Shown piece by piece: positions 1-11,502 of a DNA stretch of 64,000 nucleotides. Source of the DNA: Hydrurus foetidus. Taxonomy: Eukaryota. Made by a program: the position numbers and the translations under genes. The notes under the pieces are model-generated. The model was not told where the DNA came from, ran no database searches, and worked only from the letters and a program-made list of their open reading frames with translations. The stretch spans positions 1-64,000 of the forward strand of contig UYFQ01000124.1 in assembly GCA_900617105.1 (NCBI GenBank), in the 5' to 3' direction. Position 1 is the first letter of the stretch. Each line of letters begins with the position of its first letter.

Positions 1-20
1 GTTGAGAGAGGAAGATCAGA

Positions 21-2546
21 GTGATCAAGGAACGTGTTCGTGCCATCATCAACACGGTACCTTTTTCACTGAGTGAGCTACTAGAAAGTTGGTTACTTAG
101 ATATGTTGTGAACAGATTAAATTTAGTACCAACTAGAAACAGTGTAGCTTACGTCAGCCCCAGAGAGAAATTATACGGTAGAAAGATTAACGTAGATAAG
201 GAGTTGAAACACGGTTTCGGTGATTACGTACAAGTACATACCGACTCCGTGGACAACTCGACTAAACCCAGATCACAGGCAGCAATAGCATTAGTTAGTG
301 CAGGCAACCTAGAAGGCTCATGGTATTATCTGCTGTTAGCTAACTTAAAAGTAGTGAAGAGGACAAAGGCCACCAGCCTACCCATGACAGATGATGTGAT
401 CAGTTACCTTGATAAGTTAGCATCTGAGAGGAAATTAAATATGTCAGTGAATGTCAAGCAACCTATTTTCGAACAGAGTAATCAAATCCTAGAAGACGAT
501 GGAAATGATTACTCCAACGATGAATTTGAGTTGCCGACACCTGACATGATAACACCGTATAGTTACCCTACAGAAGACGAATTTGTGCATCATGAGATAG
601 CAAATAATTTTGACTCATACGATGGCAATTCTGATGTAGCTTACGAATCAGAGTTCGAACAATTAACAGCATACATACCAAATGATATATACGTTAATGA
701 AGGAGAGGATGTAGTGTATGACGATACACCAACTGACCCCGATGCATTAATGAATGATATATTTGGTGTAGACAGTGATGATGAGGTAGATACCCCCACC
801 ACAGAAAATAGCAAGTCAGAGGAAATTCTAGATAAACAACCCAGACGTAGTGCTAGAAACCATCAGCCAGGCAGATGGAACAAGAGATTAGTAGGTTTAA
901 GTATACCTAGCTACAAAGATTCAGTTATGTGTAAGTACATGATGAACATGACCGTAACAGAAGGAGTACAGAAATTAGGCGAGATAGCCGTAGATTCCAT
1001 TAAAAAAGAGTTACAACAGATGTGTGATAAGAATGTGTGGGAGGCAGTTCACCTCAACAGTCTTAGTTACGATCAGAGGAAAAGTATCATAACCAGCAGT
1101 ATGTTTTTAAAAGATAAGTATACAGCAGATGGTAAATTTGATAAGCTAAAATCTAGACTTGTAGCAGGAGGTCACTTGCAAGATAGAAATATATATGATA
1201 ACGGTTCATCACCAACTGTTAGCACCACTAGCGTATTTATTGTTGCTGCAATTGCTGCTAGTGAAAATCGAGCGGTCGCTACGATCGATTTTCCTGGTGC
1301 ATTCCTCAATAGTGATATGCCACTAGACGGCGACCATGCAGTGCTGATGAGACTGAATAAATATTTGACTAACATATTAGTTAGCATTGACAAGTCCTAT
1401 CAGAAGTATGTAAATGAGAAAGGAACAGTAGTAGTTAAGCTAAAGAAAGCATTATATGGATGCGTAGAGTCAGCTAAGTTATGGTACGATAAGATATCAT
1501 CAGACTTAACACAGTTAGACTATAAGGTAAATCCATCAGACATATGTGTATTCAATAGGACTGAGCTAGATTCCACTCAGACTACTTTAGTTATCCATGT
1601 TGACGATATGATGATCAGCAGTAGGGATGAGAAGCGTATAGATAGTATAATTTCAGAGATAGAAAACCTATACCCAGGCCTGACTAAGAGTAGAGGCAGA
1701 GTGTTGAATTATATAGGTATGACTTTTAACTTTGAGCAGTTAGGCAGAGTTGTCATATCCATGGAAGGTTTCATAAAAGACTTGTTAGACGATTGCATAG
1801 AAATTGTGGGGGTGTCTAGAACACCTGCCGACGATAATCTATTCAAGATCGATCTTAACAGTCCTTTATTGAAAGATAAAGAACGTGAGAGATTCCACTC
1901 ACTAACAGCTAAGTTGTTATACCTAAGTAAGAGAACTAGACCAGACATACTGACATGTATAGCATATCTCACTAAAAGAGTCTTAGAACCTAGAACCGAT
2001 GACTGGAATAAGTTAGCGCATACTATACGGTATATCAGAGAGACCAGAGCTATGCCGCTGACCCTAGAGGTAGATACTCCGGTTAAGGTTATAGCCTATA
2101 TAGATGCATCATACGCTGTACATGCAGATAAGAAGAGTCACACTGGCTGCATTATAACATTAGGTAAGGGAGCAATATATGGTAAGAGTTCCACACAGAA
2201 ATTAAATACTACGTCTAGCACAGAGGCAGAACTAGTAGCTATGACTGAAGCAGGTAATCAGGTTTTATGGACTAGGAATTTCCTTATCCATCAAGAGTAT
2301 AAGGTAGGTCCAGCTTTAATATACCAAGATAACCTATCCACAATTCAGTTAGTTAAGAACGGTAGGTCCAACAGTGAAAGAACTAGACACATAGACATCA
2401 AGTTTTTCTTCCTGCATGACCGAATTAAATCAGACCATATTATTGTAACCTACAAGAGTACTAAAGAAATGATTGCAGATTTGCTGACCAAGCCACTGCA
2501 GGGGAAGCTATTCCAAGAGCTACGCGACCAAGTGCTCAATGTATAA
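21..2546 (+). CDS. Copia Pol fragment: integrase C-terminal part, reverse transcriptase, RNase H
   Basis: Motifs ERKIRVIKERVR (integrase E helix), KLKSRLVAGG, IDFPGAFLN, LKKALYG, HVDDMM (RT), YIDASYA, SSTEAELVA, YQDN, RTRHIDIK, ADLLTKPL (RNase H). Clearly homologous to ORF 11503-16353. Confidence 0.95.
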   Translation: MIKERVRAIINTVPFSLSELLESWLLRYVVNRLNLVPTRNSVAYVSPREKLYGRKINVDKELKHGFGDYVQVHTDSVDNSTKPRSQAAIALVSAGNLEGSWYYLLLANLKVVKRTKATSLPMTDDVISYLDKLASERKLNMSVNVKQPIFEQSNQILEDDGNDYSNDEFELPTPDMITPYSYPTEDEFVHHEIANNFDSYDGNSDVAYESEFEQLTAYIPNDIYVNEGEDVVYDDTPTDPDALMNDIFGVDSDDEVDTPTTENSKSEEILDKQPRRSARNHQPGRWNKRLVGLSIPSYKDSVMCKYMMNMTVTEGVQKLGEIAVDSIKKELQQMCDKNVWEAVHLNSLSYDQRKSIITSSMFLKDKYTADGKFDKLKSRLVAGGHLQDRNIYDNGSSPTVSTTSVFIVAAIAASENRAVATIDFPGAFLNSDMPLDGDHAVLMRLNKYLTNILVSIDKSYQKYVNEKGTVVVKLKKALYGCVESAKLWYDKISSDLTQLDYKVNPSDICVFNRTELDSTQTTLVIHVDDMMISSRDEKRIDSIISEIENLYPGLTKSRGRVLNYIGMTFNFEQLGRVVISMEGFIKDLLDDCIEIVGVSRTPADDNLFKIDLNSPLLKDKERERFHSLTAKLLYLSKRTRPDILTCIAYLTKRVLEPRTDDWNKLAHTIRYIRETRAMPLTLEVDTPVKVIAYIDASYAVHADKKSHTGCIITLGKGAIYGKSSTQKLNTTSSTEAELVAMTEAGNQVLWTRNFLIHQEYKVGPALIYQDNLSTIQLVKNGRSNSERTRHIDIKFFFLHDRIKSDHIIVTYKSTKEMIADLLTKPLQGKLFQELRDQVLNV

Positions 2547-3057
2547 AGAAATTCAGGGGAGTTATTTATTGATTTTGACTTACCCACTTATAGCGATTTT
2601 TCCAGATAAATTACAAAATAAAAATAAAAATCTGATTTCGCTTTAAATTAACATTTGTTTGATAGGACCGCGATGGACATCGATGCACCGCTTTTGCGAC
2701 ATCGAATGTCGACGTTTTAGCGGATTTAAGGGCACCAACATCGGTTGGATCGAACTCGAGACCGGTCACCAGCTGAGGCTTTTTTGACGGTTTACAAATA
2801 GTTTTTCTCGAGCATTACCCATTTACTAATCCAACCACCCATGTTTTCTTTTTCACCACATCACGACGCAACTTGTCAATATTAAAAAATTCCGTGAAAA
2901 ATATTTTTAAGAAAATTTACTGTTTACCATACCCTAACACTAAGCTCCCTATCTGAGTGTTGTGTGAAACATTATGAACAATAACCAATAAGTATACTAT
3001 ATAAGCATATGCTCATTAACATATTCACTTATTCAAACAATAACCATCATGGGGGTG

Positions 3058-3337
3058 TGTTGGGATATCCGGATTAGACTAGGATCTTGTACCCTGTGTG
3101 ATGTATGATTGTTTTTCATGCACGGGTGTACGTACATTCAGCGATAACATTGACCGCAACCCTCGCACTCATGTTATGCTAGCTAGATGTAATCGACAGC
3201 ATGTCACTGTCGTTTAATCCAACTTACCGAATAGAACGTCTTCTTCTCTTTTGAGCGAGCGTTGCTAGCAGTCGGAAGTGCAGGGATCGTTTGGGAACTC
3301 GGAAGAAATTCCGTGTAAATCGCTCAGATTTCCAACA
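3058..3337 (+). repeat. 3' LTR of copia element 1 (~280 bp)
   Basis: Starts TGTTGGGATATC directly after the G-tract and ends GATTTCCAACA (imperfect terminal inverted repeat). The partner LTR is not in the window, so the right end is inferred. Confidence 0.7.
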
Positions 3338-3638
3338 TCTACAGTCCAGAGAACCCACGTTGGGATCCGCTCACTATTCCCACCTTCAGAACTCCTTTTT
3401 TTCACGCAAGTATTTCCTTTTCTGCTTTCTGCAGCAATCCAAGCACCCTTCCCCAACAAAAAAGTGTTCAAAATTTTGCCTTAATAGCTTCAACTCTGCA
3501 TCATCAAACTGCTTGCTAGGAATGATCGGCTAATCTTTCGTACCCGACCATTCTCAAGATCGATTCTAATTGCGTTGTGCAACACAATTGTCCTTGAGGT
3601 TGATAAGGAGAGAAGGGAATCCCGCAAGGCGAGAACAG

Positions 3639-5036
3639 ATGGCTGTCTTTCTAACGCGGTCATCAGATGTTGTTCATGTCCTGCTGTCATTCGTCATGGC
3701 ATTCCTCGGATCTTACGTCGCAGTGACCTTGGCTGAACGTTACCGTCTTGGAAAGTAAGTTTTTTCCAAACATTACTGGAAACTGAAAACAGAGCGACAT
3801 AGGAAGCTTATCTTGAAGAGCAAGTAATATGTGATTGTGGCGACCACTTTAACAAAATTCAATAATCACATATGTCAGCTTCCTCTCAAAGAGACGCTTG
3901 GGTCCGAAGCTGCTCATCCTAATGATGTCCTCCAGCTTAGGTAAGTTTGAACGCGCATGAAATATTCATGTGAAGGTGTCTCGTTCTAACGGGACTCCTT
4001 CGTCTCTCTTTCAGGTGGTGTGGCCATATTCTGCATGCATTTTGTCGGAATGGGTTCAATTATATTGACCACGGACGATGGCACCGTTATTCCGATATCT
4101 TTTGATATCACGCTCACGGTCATGTCGTTGATAGCAGCTGTATCATGCGTACATCTCGGGCTAGAAATCTCGCTTAGAGACAGAGCGTATGCGCGAAATA
4201 AGCTACAGATAGCTGAAATGACTGTTGAAGATGCAAGGGGGTTGACTTTAAAGGAAATCCGTAGCACGAATCTAGTGACGCTGGCACTTTTCAAGGATCT
4301 GCTCCCACTCATGTTAGGAGGAATAGTAACCTCAAGCGGAATAGTGGTCATGCACTATATTGGAATGAGAGCTGTCATTTTCCCTGGGAGGATTGTATGG
4401 GACATTGGGATTGTCGTAGCTTCCATCATCATCGCGATCATAACGTCAGCAACAGCTTTTTGGATTTTATTCCGTCTTCTGGCTTTGTATCCACATAATG
4501 AAATCTTTCGATTGGGTGGGGCTGTTTTGATGGCGTTTGCAGTGATGGGGATGCATTACACTGGTGCTGCTGCAGCATCTTTCGAATACAATCCCGCTCT
4601 CCAACTGGAAGTGCTGACCGTTTCTTCAACATCCGAATTAGCCGTGTTGGTAACTCTCACCGTAGGAATCATGTATCCTTTTCTCATCGTATTCCTCATG
4701 TTCGCAGACATACGCACTTGGCTGAACATCCGCACAAAGACCATTGACAAGATAGACGCACTGGTAAAAAGCTATCAGAACATGGCCAACAGCGGCAGGC
4801 GCATCGATATAGATGCCTTCGCTGCCCAGTACCACACACTAACCGCCCATACAAGCACTTTGTCCACCCTCACTTCACTGCACTCCTTCGAGAACCAGCC
4901 TGTTACGAGCGCACCTAGTGGTCTCTTTGACTTCATGAAGTCCCACTCCAAGGTGAACGTATTCAAGGACGTCACTGAAGCGGACACCCAGCAGACGGTC
5001 AAGATCACGTCAGGGGAGTGCATTAGCACCGTGTAA
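3639..5036 (+). CDS. MHYT-domain integral membrane sensor protein (exons 3639-3754, 3879-3940, 4015-5036)
   Basis: GT-AG splicing gives an open frame MAVFLTRSSDVVHVLLSFVMAFLGSYVAVTLAE...SLGGVAIFCMHFVGM...VMHYIGMRA...GMHYTGAAA: three MHYT-type motifs in hydrophobic helices, with a short soluble C-tail. Confidence 0.88.
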
Positions 5037-5629
5037 ACGAACGCCAACAGATAGGCAGAGATGCTGGCTGACTGGTGGTTTGATAAGATGAGAAGTGACA
5101 TGATGAAGATTAGAATAAAACTGCAACCCGTGACGTACCATTCATTCCAATTCCGCAACAAAGAAACGCTGTTGGCCATAAGAATAATCATTCTTACTAG
5201 AGTTTGACTAACTCGTCATTTCGGTATTGGATTTATTTACTGTGTCGGTAATCCATTTTTAATGATTCTTCAATGCATTTCATCTCACAACCACTAACCT
5301 GTCCTGCCAACCACCCTGCACACGTATATGTACTCACACACACACACACTACAGATACTCTCATTCTTATTCCTGACTGACTTAAAAACTTGAGACTAAT
5401 CCAGATCTTTGCAGTTATGCGTCACTACTTATTCAATATCTGATCCATCAACGGGTTGGATGTCGCCTTATTCATCTAATAAGGCTCCTATCATTTCATC
5501 GAATTCACTACATTTCATTTTGCCTCATTCACGTCACTTCATTTCGTTTTGTCTTCTTTTCATTGCGTCACATTTGCCTTCTAACGACATAAAAAGTAAA
5601 AGAATGTTGTAGTCGTCCATTTAGACTTT

Positions 5630-8600
5630 TTAGTACATAAATCTGGCAACAGAACCGTCCTTCCGTTGAAATGGCTTATAGAGAAACACGTAAATGGTGA
5701 TCAAATTGATGATGCAAAATCCGGACATAGTGATGTACAAATTACAATAATAAGCGGTACCAAAATGTACACAAATATTCCGCTCTTTCTTTTCAGTAAG
5801 ATTTTCATCATCGTTTTCTGTACTTTCAGGGTGAACATTATCCGTACTTGGCCGTGTTAGCGGGGACATTGAGAGCATGGCGATGACAATAGCCGGATTA
5901 AAATACCGGATTTCGAATAGTGGAGTCGGCACTAAAGACAACACTGCCCCCGATATGAATATCAACTGGGAGTGCAATTGAAAATGTTGAATAGCATTAT
6001 AAATAGAATTATAAATAGAATTATAAATAGAATTATAAATAGAATTATGAATAGAATTATAAATAGAATGAATAATGGGGGAGGAGGGAGGAAAACAATG
6101 GTGAGGTAAGTATGCAGTTTAGTTAAGTAGTGAGTCATCACCAAACAAGAATAAAATATCCGGAATAAAGAACGAAAAGCGCTTTGAGCAATCATAACAT
6201 CGCCATTTTATTTCCACCTCGAAATCGTGGGCATTTTCCGTAATTTCATTCTGTATTGGTAGCACAGAAGACAGTATGCGGCACTGCAGTGCATTCACTT
6301 ACCGTCCACAAGAAACCTCTCCCCTCGATGAAGTGATTTACAGTCCAGTGCACAGAGTAGTAGTAAAGAGGAGATAAAAGATACCTGAATATAAGCATGA
6401 AGAGACGAGGTGGGTGAGGCGTGATGCAGAGGAGTGTAGCGAAAAGGTTTATTGCAGGCAAAAAGTTAGGTAACTTAAGGTTAGGAAAGTCAGGTATGAC
6501 GCAGACGAGTAGTAGAATATTCAAATCAGACAAGATGAGTAAATATAGGGTAATGATACGGATAATAGTATGCAGTGATTATCCTCTGATAAATGACATC
6601 GATTCATACAACACAACATCGGAGGATTCGAGAGCACTGTACATTACATTAAATAAATTAAAATAAAATGAAGCACCTCATATAATTTTTGCTTAGTATC
6701 CGAGACCAAATGTAAAAAGAGTAATGCCTGCAAAATGAAAAAAGGGATGGGGAAAAGATGAAAACGTGTGAGGCTTGGTGGAGATTTCACTGCCATCTCT
6801 TTTGGTGCTGTATTGTCGTACGTATTTATTTCTTTTTTCAAATCAAAATATGGATAACGTCATCTTAAAAAATGAGCAAGATAATTTACTTCAATGTGAT
6901 AGGTGACAGAAAAATAGAGCCCGTAAATTTGTGCGATAAAAATGACACTTAACTATACCAAGAATGTCAAAATGGATTACCTGTTGTCAGATAAGAGAAA
7001 AGGGTGGGACAAGGTGTGGTATTGAAGTATATATGCCACTACCAGCAATCCCATAAGATGACGTACGAGAGAATATACATCGAGTTGAAGTGACCTACTT
7101 GACTGATGAGGAAGAATTTCAGTAGTTATGCTACTACTCTTATTCTTTTTTCGATTTTTATTATCGTTATTATTATCGTTATTATTATTGTTATTTTCAT
7201 CATCGTTACCATTATTCTTATTTTCATTACTATTAATACTGCTATTCTTGTTATCATCGTCATCATTATCATTATTATTATCATAGTTATTGCCATTGTC
7301 ATGCGTGTCATTTATGTCAAGATCGTTGCATTTCTTAATATTGAAGTTATTAGTACTGCTTAGAACCGTTCGGAAAACGGTGTACATCGGCATGAAGAAA
7401 GAGGAGTGTGCCATCATGAGGGTGAATATAACACACACGTGCAGAGGCATCGCTAGATGGTAGACTGGTCTATGATTCTCCTTATCGCCTGCGTAAAATG
7501 AGTGAAATAATTGATTTAGTAATAAAGCTGAATAGGTGACCACAGCAATGACAAGAATGTATTTCAAAACTAGAGAAATTACGTCGCAGAAAAAAGTTGC
7601 TAAGACACAGATCGTGATTAAACGGATTTAGAAACTACTAATTTTAAACATAATACAATGCAACACAACACAACACAACACAACACAACACAACACAACA
7701 CAACACAACACAACACAATGCAACACAACACAACACAGTACAACACAACACAACACAACACAACACAACACAACACAATGCAACACAACACAACACAGTA
7801 CAATGCAATACACAATACAATACAATGCAATACACAATACAATACAATACAATACAATACAATACAATACAATACAATACAATACAATACAATACAATAC
7901 AATACAATTCATACAATAAACAAAAATGGTGAAGAATCAAAAATAAAAATTATCATTACAGTCGAAGTTCATTCGAACGTAAATACGCACCTAGCACAAT
8001 TCCTTTATTAACGATAACGAAAACGAGGAAAGTAAATACAGGTAGTAACAGTGGCCACGTCACTAGCAAAAGCTGAGGACTATTCTTCAGGAGTTGAAGA
8101 AAGAATTCGACCAGCTTTTCAAAAGATGCCACGTGTACATCTCTGTGAATTGATAGGAGCAAAGTGATAAAAATGAAATTAGTCTATGATTTTATCGGAA
8201 GAAGATAATCATATTGTCAAACATCTCACCTGCATTCCTTCTTATTCTCTAGTGTCTTAAGCATCATTGTTCCAGCGAAAAACAGAAGCCACACTGCGTT
8301 TGTTTGTCTCACCATTAGAGATGCGCCCGATGCCTGGAATCAACAGAACACATTTATATTGCTCATACTTTCACAATAGCGTTCACAGAGATGTTGATTG
8401 TGAAGTCATTTTATTCGTGTTCTGGAACAATAATCTTTGGGGAAAAGACCAGTACAGAGTATGCAGGAACGTTGTCACTTACCAAAAGAAGAGTTAACTG
8501 TTGACCAGAAAAATCTATCGTTCTTAGGAACATTCCTTTTACATCAGAAGATTCATTCCCAATGGCAGTTGATAAGACTGTTCTTGACTGCGAGAGTACT

Positions 8601-9260
8601 ATACTATACACTACGACTATCGAGAGGGTGCTCGCTGTATCAGTGTAGAATAAAAAGCTGTAAAAGAAATTGATAGGATACAGGAACAGAAGAGGTGCTA
8701 TGATGGCGCTGTCTTGCACAGCGGGTTCAATCTAACAGTGGTATCAAAAGCCGGAAAATGAGGGGAAATGGCTTCATCGAATAAAGACGGGGCAATACGT
8801 TCTCGAAATATCAATGAAGTACCTTGCTTCGACATGCCCGATAAAATATAGGTGATACCAGTGCAAGAGACACATTTAGTAGTCGCAGAAAATTCAGAGA
8901 GCACAAAATTGAGTGATTCGAAAGACCAGCGACTACGAGTCTAGCGACATTGAAAGCTGCCGCCGATATTAGGTACAAGCCAGGAAAAGTGGTGATCTTG
9001 CCATCCCAGTGGGAAAAGTTCCCTGAACAGTACTTCAGAGCTTGAGGAACATGAAATTCTTCATCCTACAGAACAAAACAAATTCCATGCATCAACTTGA
9101 TCTTATATTTCACGGTAAATGTCATGTAATGTAGAAATGACCATTCAGGTAATGGAAACTGTCGTACCATATACACCTCAACCTTGGTGAATTGCAAGTA
9201 TAACAGCGCTGAAATAGATCCTGCGATGCCGTAGCAGATAAATCCTGATCCATCCCTCAT
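5630..9260 (-). CDS. ALG10: Dol-P-Glc:Glc2Man9GlcNAc2-PP-Dol alpha-1,2-glucosyltransferase (ALG10/DIE2), multi-exon
   Basis: Exon 9260-9168 splices to 9065-8823 giving VYM-DEEFHVPQALKYCSGNFSHWDGKITTFPGLY. Further family motifs: FLFYTDTAST, HPFLLSDNR, LVPTPLFEIRYF, FLYKPF...RFMY. Asn/Asp-rich insert at ~7130-7330. Not all internal exon boundaries were resolved. Confidence 0.93.
5996..6069. repeat. 12-bp tandem repeat (ATTATAAATAGA) x~6, in an ALG10 intron
   Basis: Read directly from the sequence. Confidence 0.9.
7650..7908. repeat. Compound pentanucleotide microsatellite (CAACA)n-(AATAC)n, in an ALG10 intron
   Basis: Read directly from the sequence. Confidence 0.95.
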
Positions 9261-10313
9261 GTTCCATTAAGATTTCTGATCATCTGAGAAAGTTCACCCT
9301 TCACAGTCAAAAGTCAAATGAGCAACTCACAACTCACAACGCAGCAGACGACACGCGTTCGAGAGTTCGGGAGTGTAATGCGTAATGCGCGTGTAACCGC
9401 TTACAGTACTGTACGTCTTTTCTTCCATTGACCGGCTCTACCGGCTACACCGGCAGATCAGATCTTGAGCGTAGAAATTGCAGGACATTTTTTAAATCTT
9501 TAGACGATGATGCAAGTACCTGGATTCGATGATCGAAGCTGTTATTCGTATGACGCGCACATGTGTTACTACACGCGGAAGATAAGTATGGAATATTGAA
9601 TATTGATTTGTCCACCTAATCTAAACTATCAAAACTCTATCGCAAATTTTAGATTTTTGCAGTATTTTGAATGGTTCAGCTTAATTCCTTGGACTTCTCA
9701 CAATGAAACGTAGAGTGAATAAAAGCTCGATCATGATCAGATGCGGTATTGAATCAACAAAGCAGAACGATGCTATTACCATAATGATTGATAAAAATCC
9801 TTGCTACCTAAAGCCTCGAACTCTACTTTACTGAACAAGACTTACACCACGGGATCATGCCGCAGTATCACATAGTGTGCTGATTTGCACAGTGGAATAT
9901 TTGTGGGGGAGGACTTTTAATTAGCAGTCACACACTTTCACAGCAATTCAGGAGATGATTTAACCCCTGTTCTCCGGTACGCTGTAATGCGAGGAGAAGA
10001 ATCTTCCTCCTCCCCCCCCCCAGAAAGCTTTGCAACAGGACGAATAATCAGATTGAAACCGATGAACCACGCCTTCTACAGGACCACAACTGCAGATAAG
10101 TGATGTTGCATCGGCCATTCACGAAATGACTGATGCCCGAATCACTTATATGGAATAGCATTCTGCTGGGCACAAGAAGTCGACCAAATAATTGGCAAAA
10201 ATGAGCATCATGTCTGTGTGTATTTTTTATACAAAACTCCAGACATGTTTTCCAGAAAGGGTTGAAGGAAGTTCAAAGAAAATTCCACTGTCTCAGGATA
10301 ACACTGCCAAATG

Positions 10314-10503
10314 GACCCGACCCGACCCGACCCGACCCGACCCGACCCGACCCGACCCGACCCGACCCGACCCGACCCCATATACCCGACCCGACCCGAC
10401 CCGACCCGACCCGACCCGACCCGACCCGACCCGACCTATACCCGACCCCATATACCCGACCCGACCCGACCCGACCCGACCCGACCCGACCCGACCCGAC
10501 CCC
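10314..10503. repeat. (GACCC)n pentanucleotide repeat with short TATA-containing interruptions, intergenic
   Basis: Read directly from the sequence. Confidence 0.95.
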
Positions 10504-11095
10504 ATCTGGTAACAACCATAGATCTGGCAACAACAATTCTCAGGCCATAGATCTGATAGCAAGAGTGTCAGCAAGGTTTAGGAAATCGTCAACATTGGCA
10601 GTTGCAAAATAAAAGTTCTGTTGCAGTCCAGAAGAGCATTTGACAGTCGAATCTGATAAAGTTGATCTTCTGGAGACGACCAGACTGCTTAGAAGTTCCG
10701 CCACCTGCAAATTGATGAAGCTATGGTGTTGGTTAGAATTGTGCATTGAGGCAGGATTATAGATTTCGGAGAGGAATTTAACTGCCGTTCTAGCCGTAAA
10801 CCTCCTAACCGGGCCCTACCGTCCACCGCTAACCTTGCATATTCACGGTTTCATATATCCGTAACGGGAACAATTTGAAATGCTAACATTTTTAGCATAG
10901 TCAATTAATTTTTGTATGAAACTCCCTCTGGCAAGATGATTAACCTTTGTATGGGCTATCACATGCGCTAATCAGAACTGAATATCTTGATCATTGAAAA
11001 AAGTTGTCGGCGATAGCCTAAACTGGTGTTTTAAGGACCAAGAACTTTTCAGTAATTCTTTCAATTTTTTTCGATTTTTTTCTGTTTGAGACCCA

Positions 11096-11435
11096 TGTTG
11101 ACGGATCTTCGGTTTCGCAGTCACGTACTGCCTCTCGCGGTACAGCTGTTGAAGATCTCTCGGTCAGGGCTCGTGAAATAAGCTTGGGTTTAATCAGTAA
11201 TCACTTGTTAATTGACTGTGCTTCATCCCTGCTGAAGTCCCCGAGTCCCTTTCAACGCAACAACAACATTCAGTCAAACACTACAGTTGAAGTATTCAGT
11301 GGCGATGCACGGATCCATCCATCGTCGCCACGCACGTACGCACACACACACACACACACATAATAATCCGTACGACCGTACGAATGCATAAGTACACTGA
11401 TTGTGTTCGTGCCATAAACTCGGATATCTCCAACA
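11096..11435 (-). repeat. 3' LTR of copia element 2 (340 bp)
   Basis: Direct repeat of 16379-16721, identical by eye except for a 3-bp indel. Confidence 0.97.
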
Positions 11436-11502
11436 CACCCCTATGCCGCATCACAATCAACTCTATTCACGCATCATGCATAAGTCTTTAATTAAACGTT
11501 GT

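Larger units (their letters stand above)
1..3337 (+). mobile_element. Ty1/copia LTR retrotransposon, 3' portion (element 1; 5' part lies outside the window)
   Basis: pol ORF in copia order (integrase, RT, RNase H), then a ~510-bp 3' untranslated region, a G-rich tract CATGGGGGTG (3048-3057) and a TGTTGG...CCAACA LTR. Confidence 0.93.

Noticed and set aside
3338..3458. Alternative right end of the element 1 LTR at CCCCAACA (3458)
   Set aside because: The end at 3337 matches the LTR start better as an inverted repeat; cannot be settled without the 5' LTR.
7618..8011. ORFs such as CIVLY/HNTTQ repeats here, and PDPTR (10192-10612), YYTIL (36835-37425), VCVC (27482-27933), SQSV (21368-21756) elsewhere
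   Set aside because: Translations of microsatellites, mostly inside introns; not proteins.
9300..11090. Possible decayed gene or transposon between ALG10 and element 2
   Set aside because: Only short ORFs without recognisable motifs, and no terminal repeats or target duplication that I could define.
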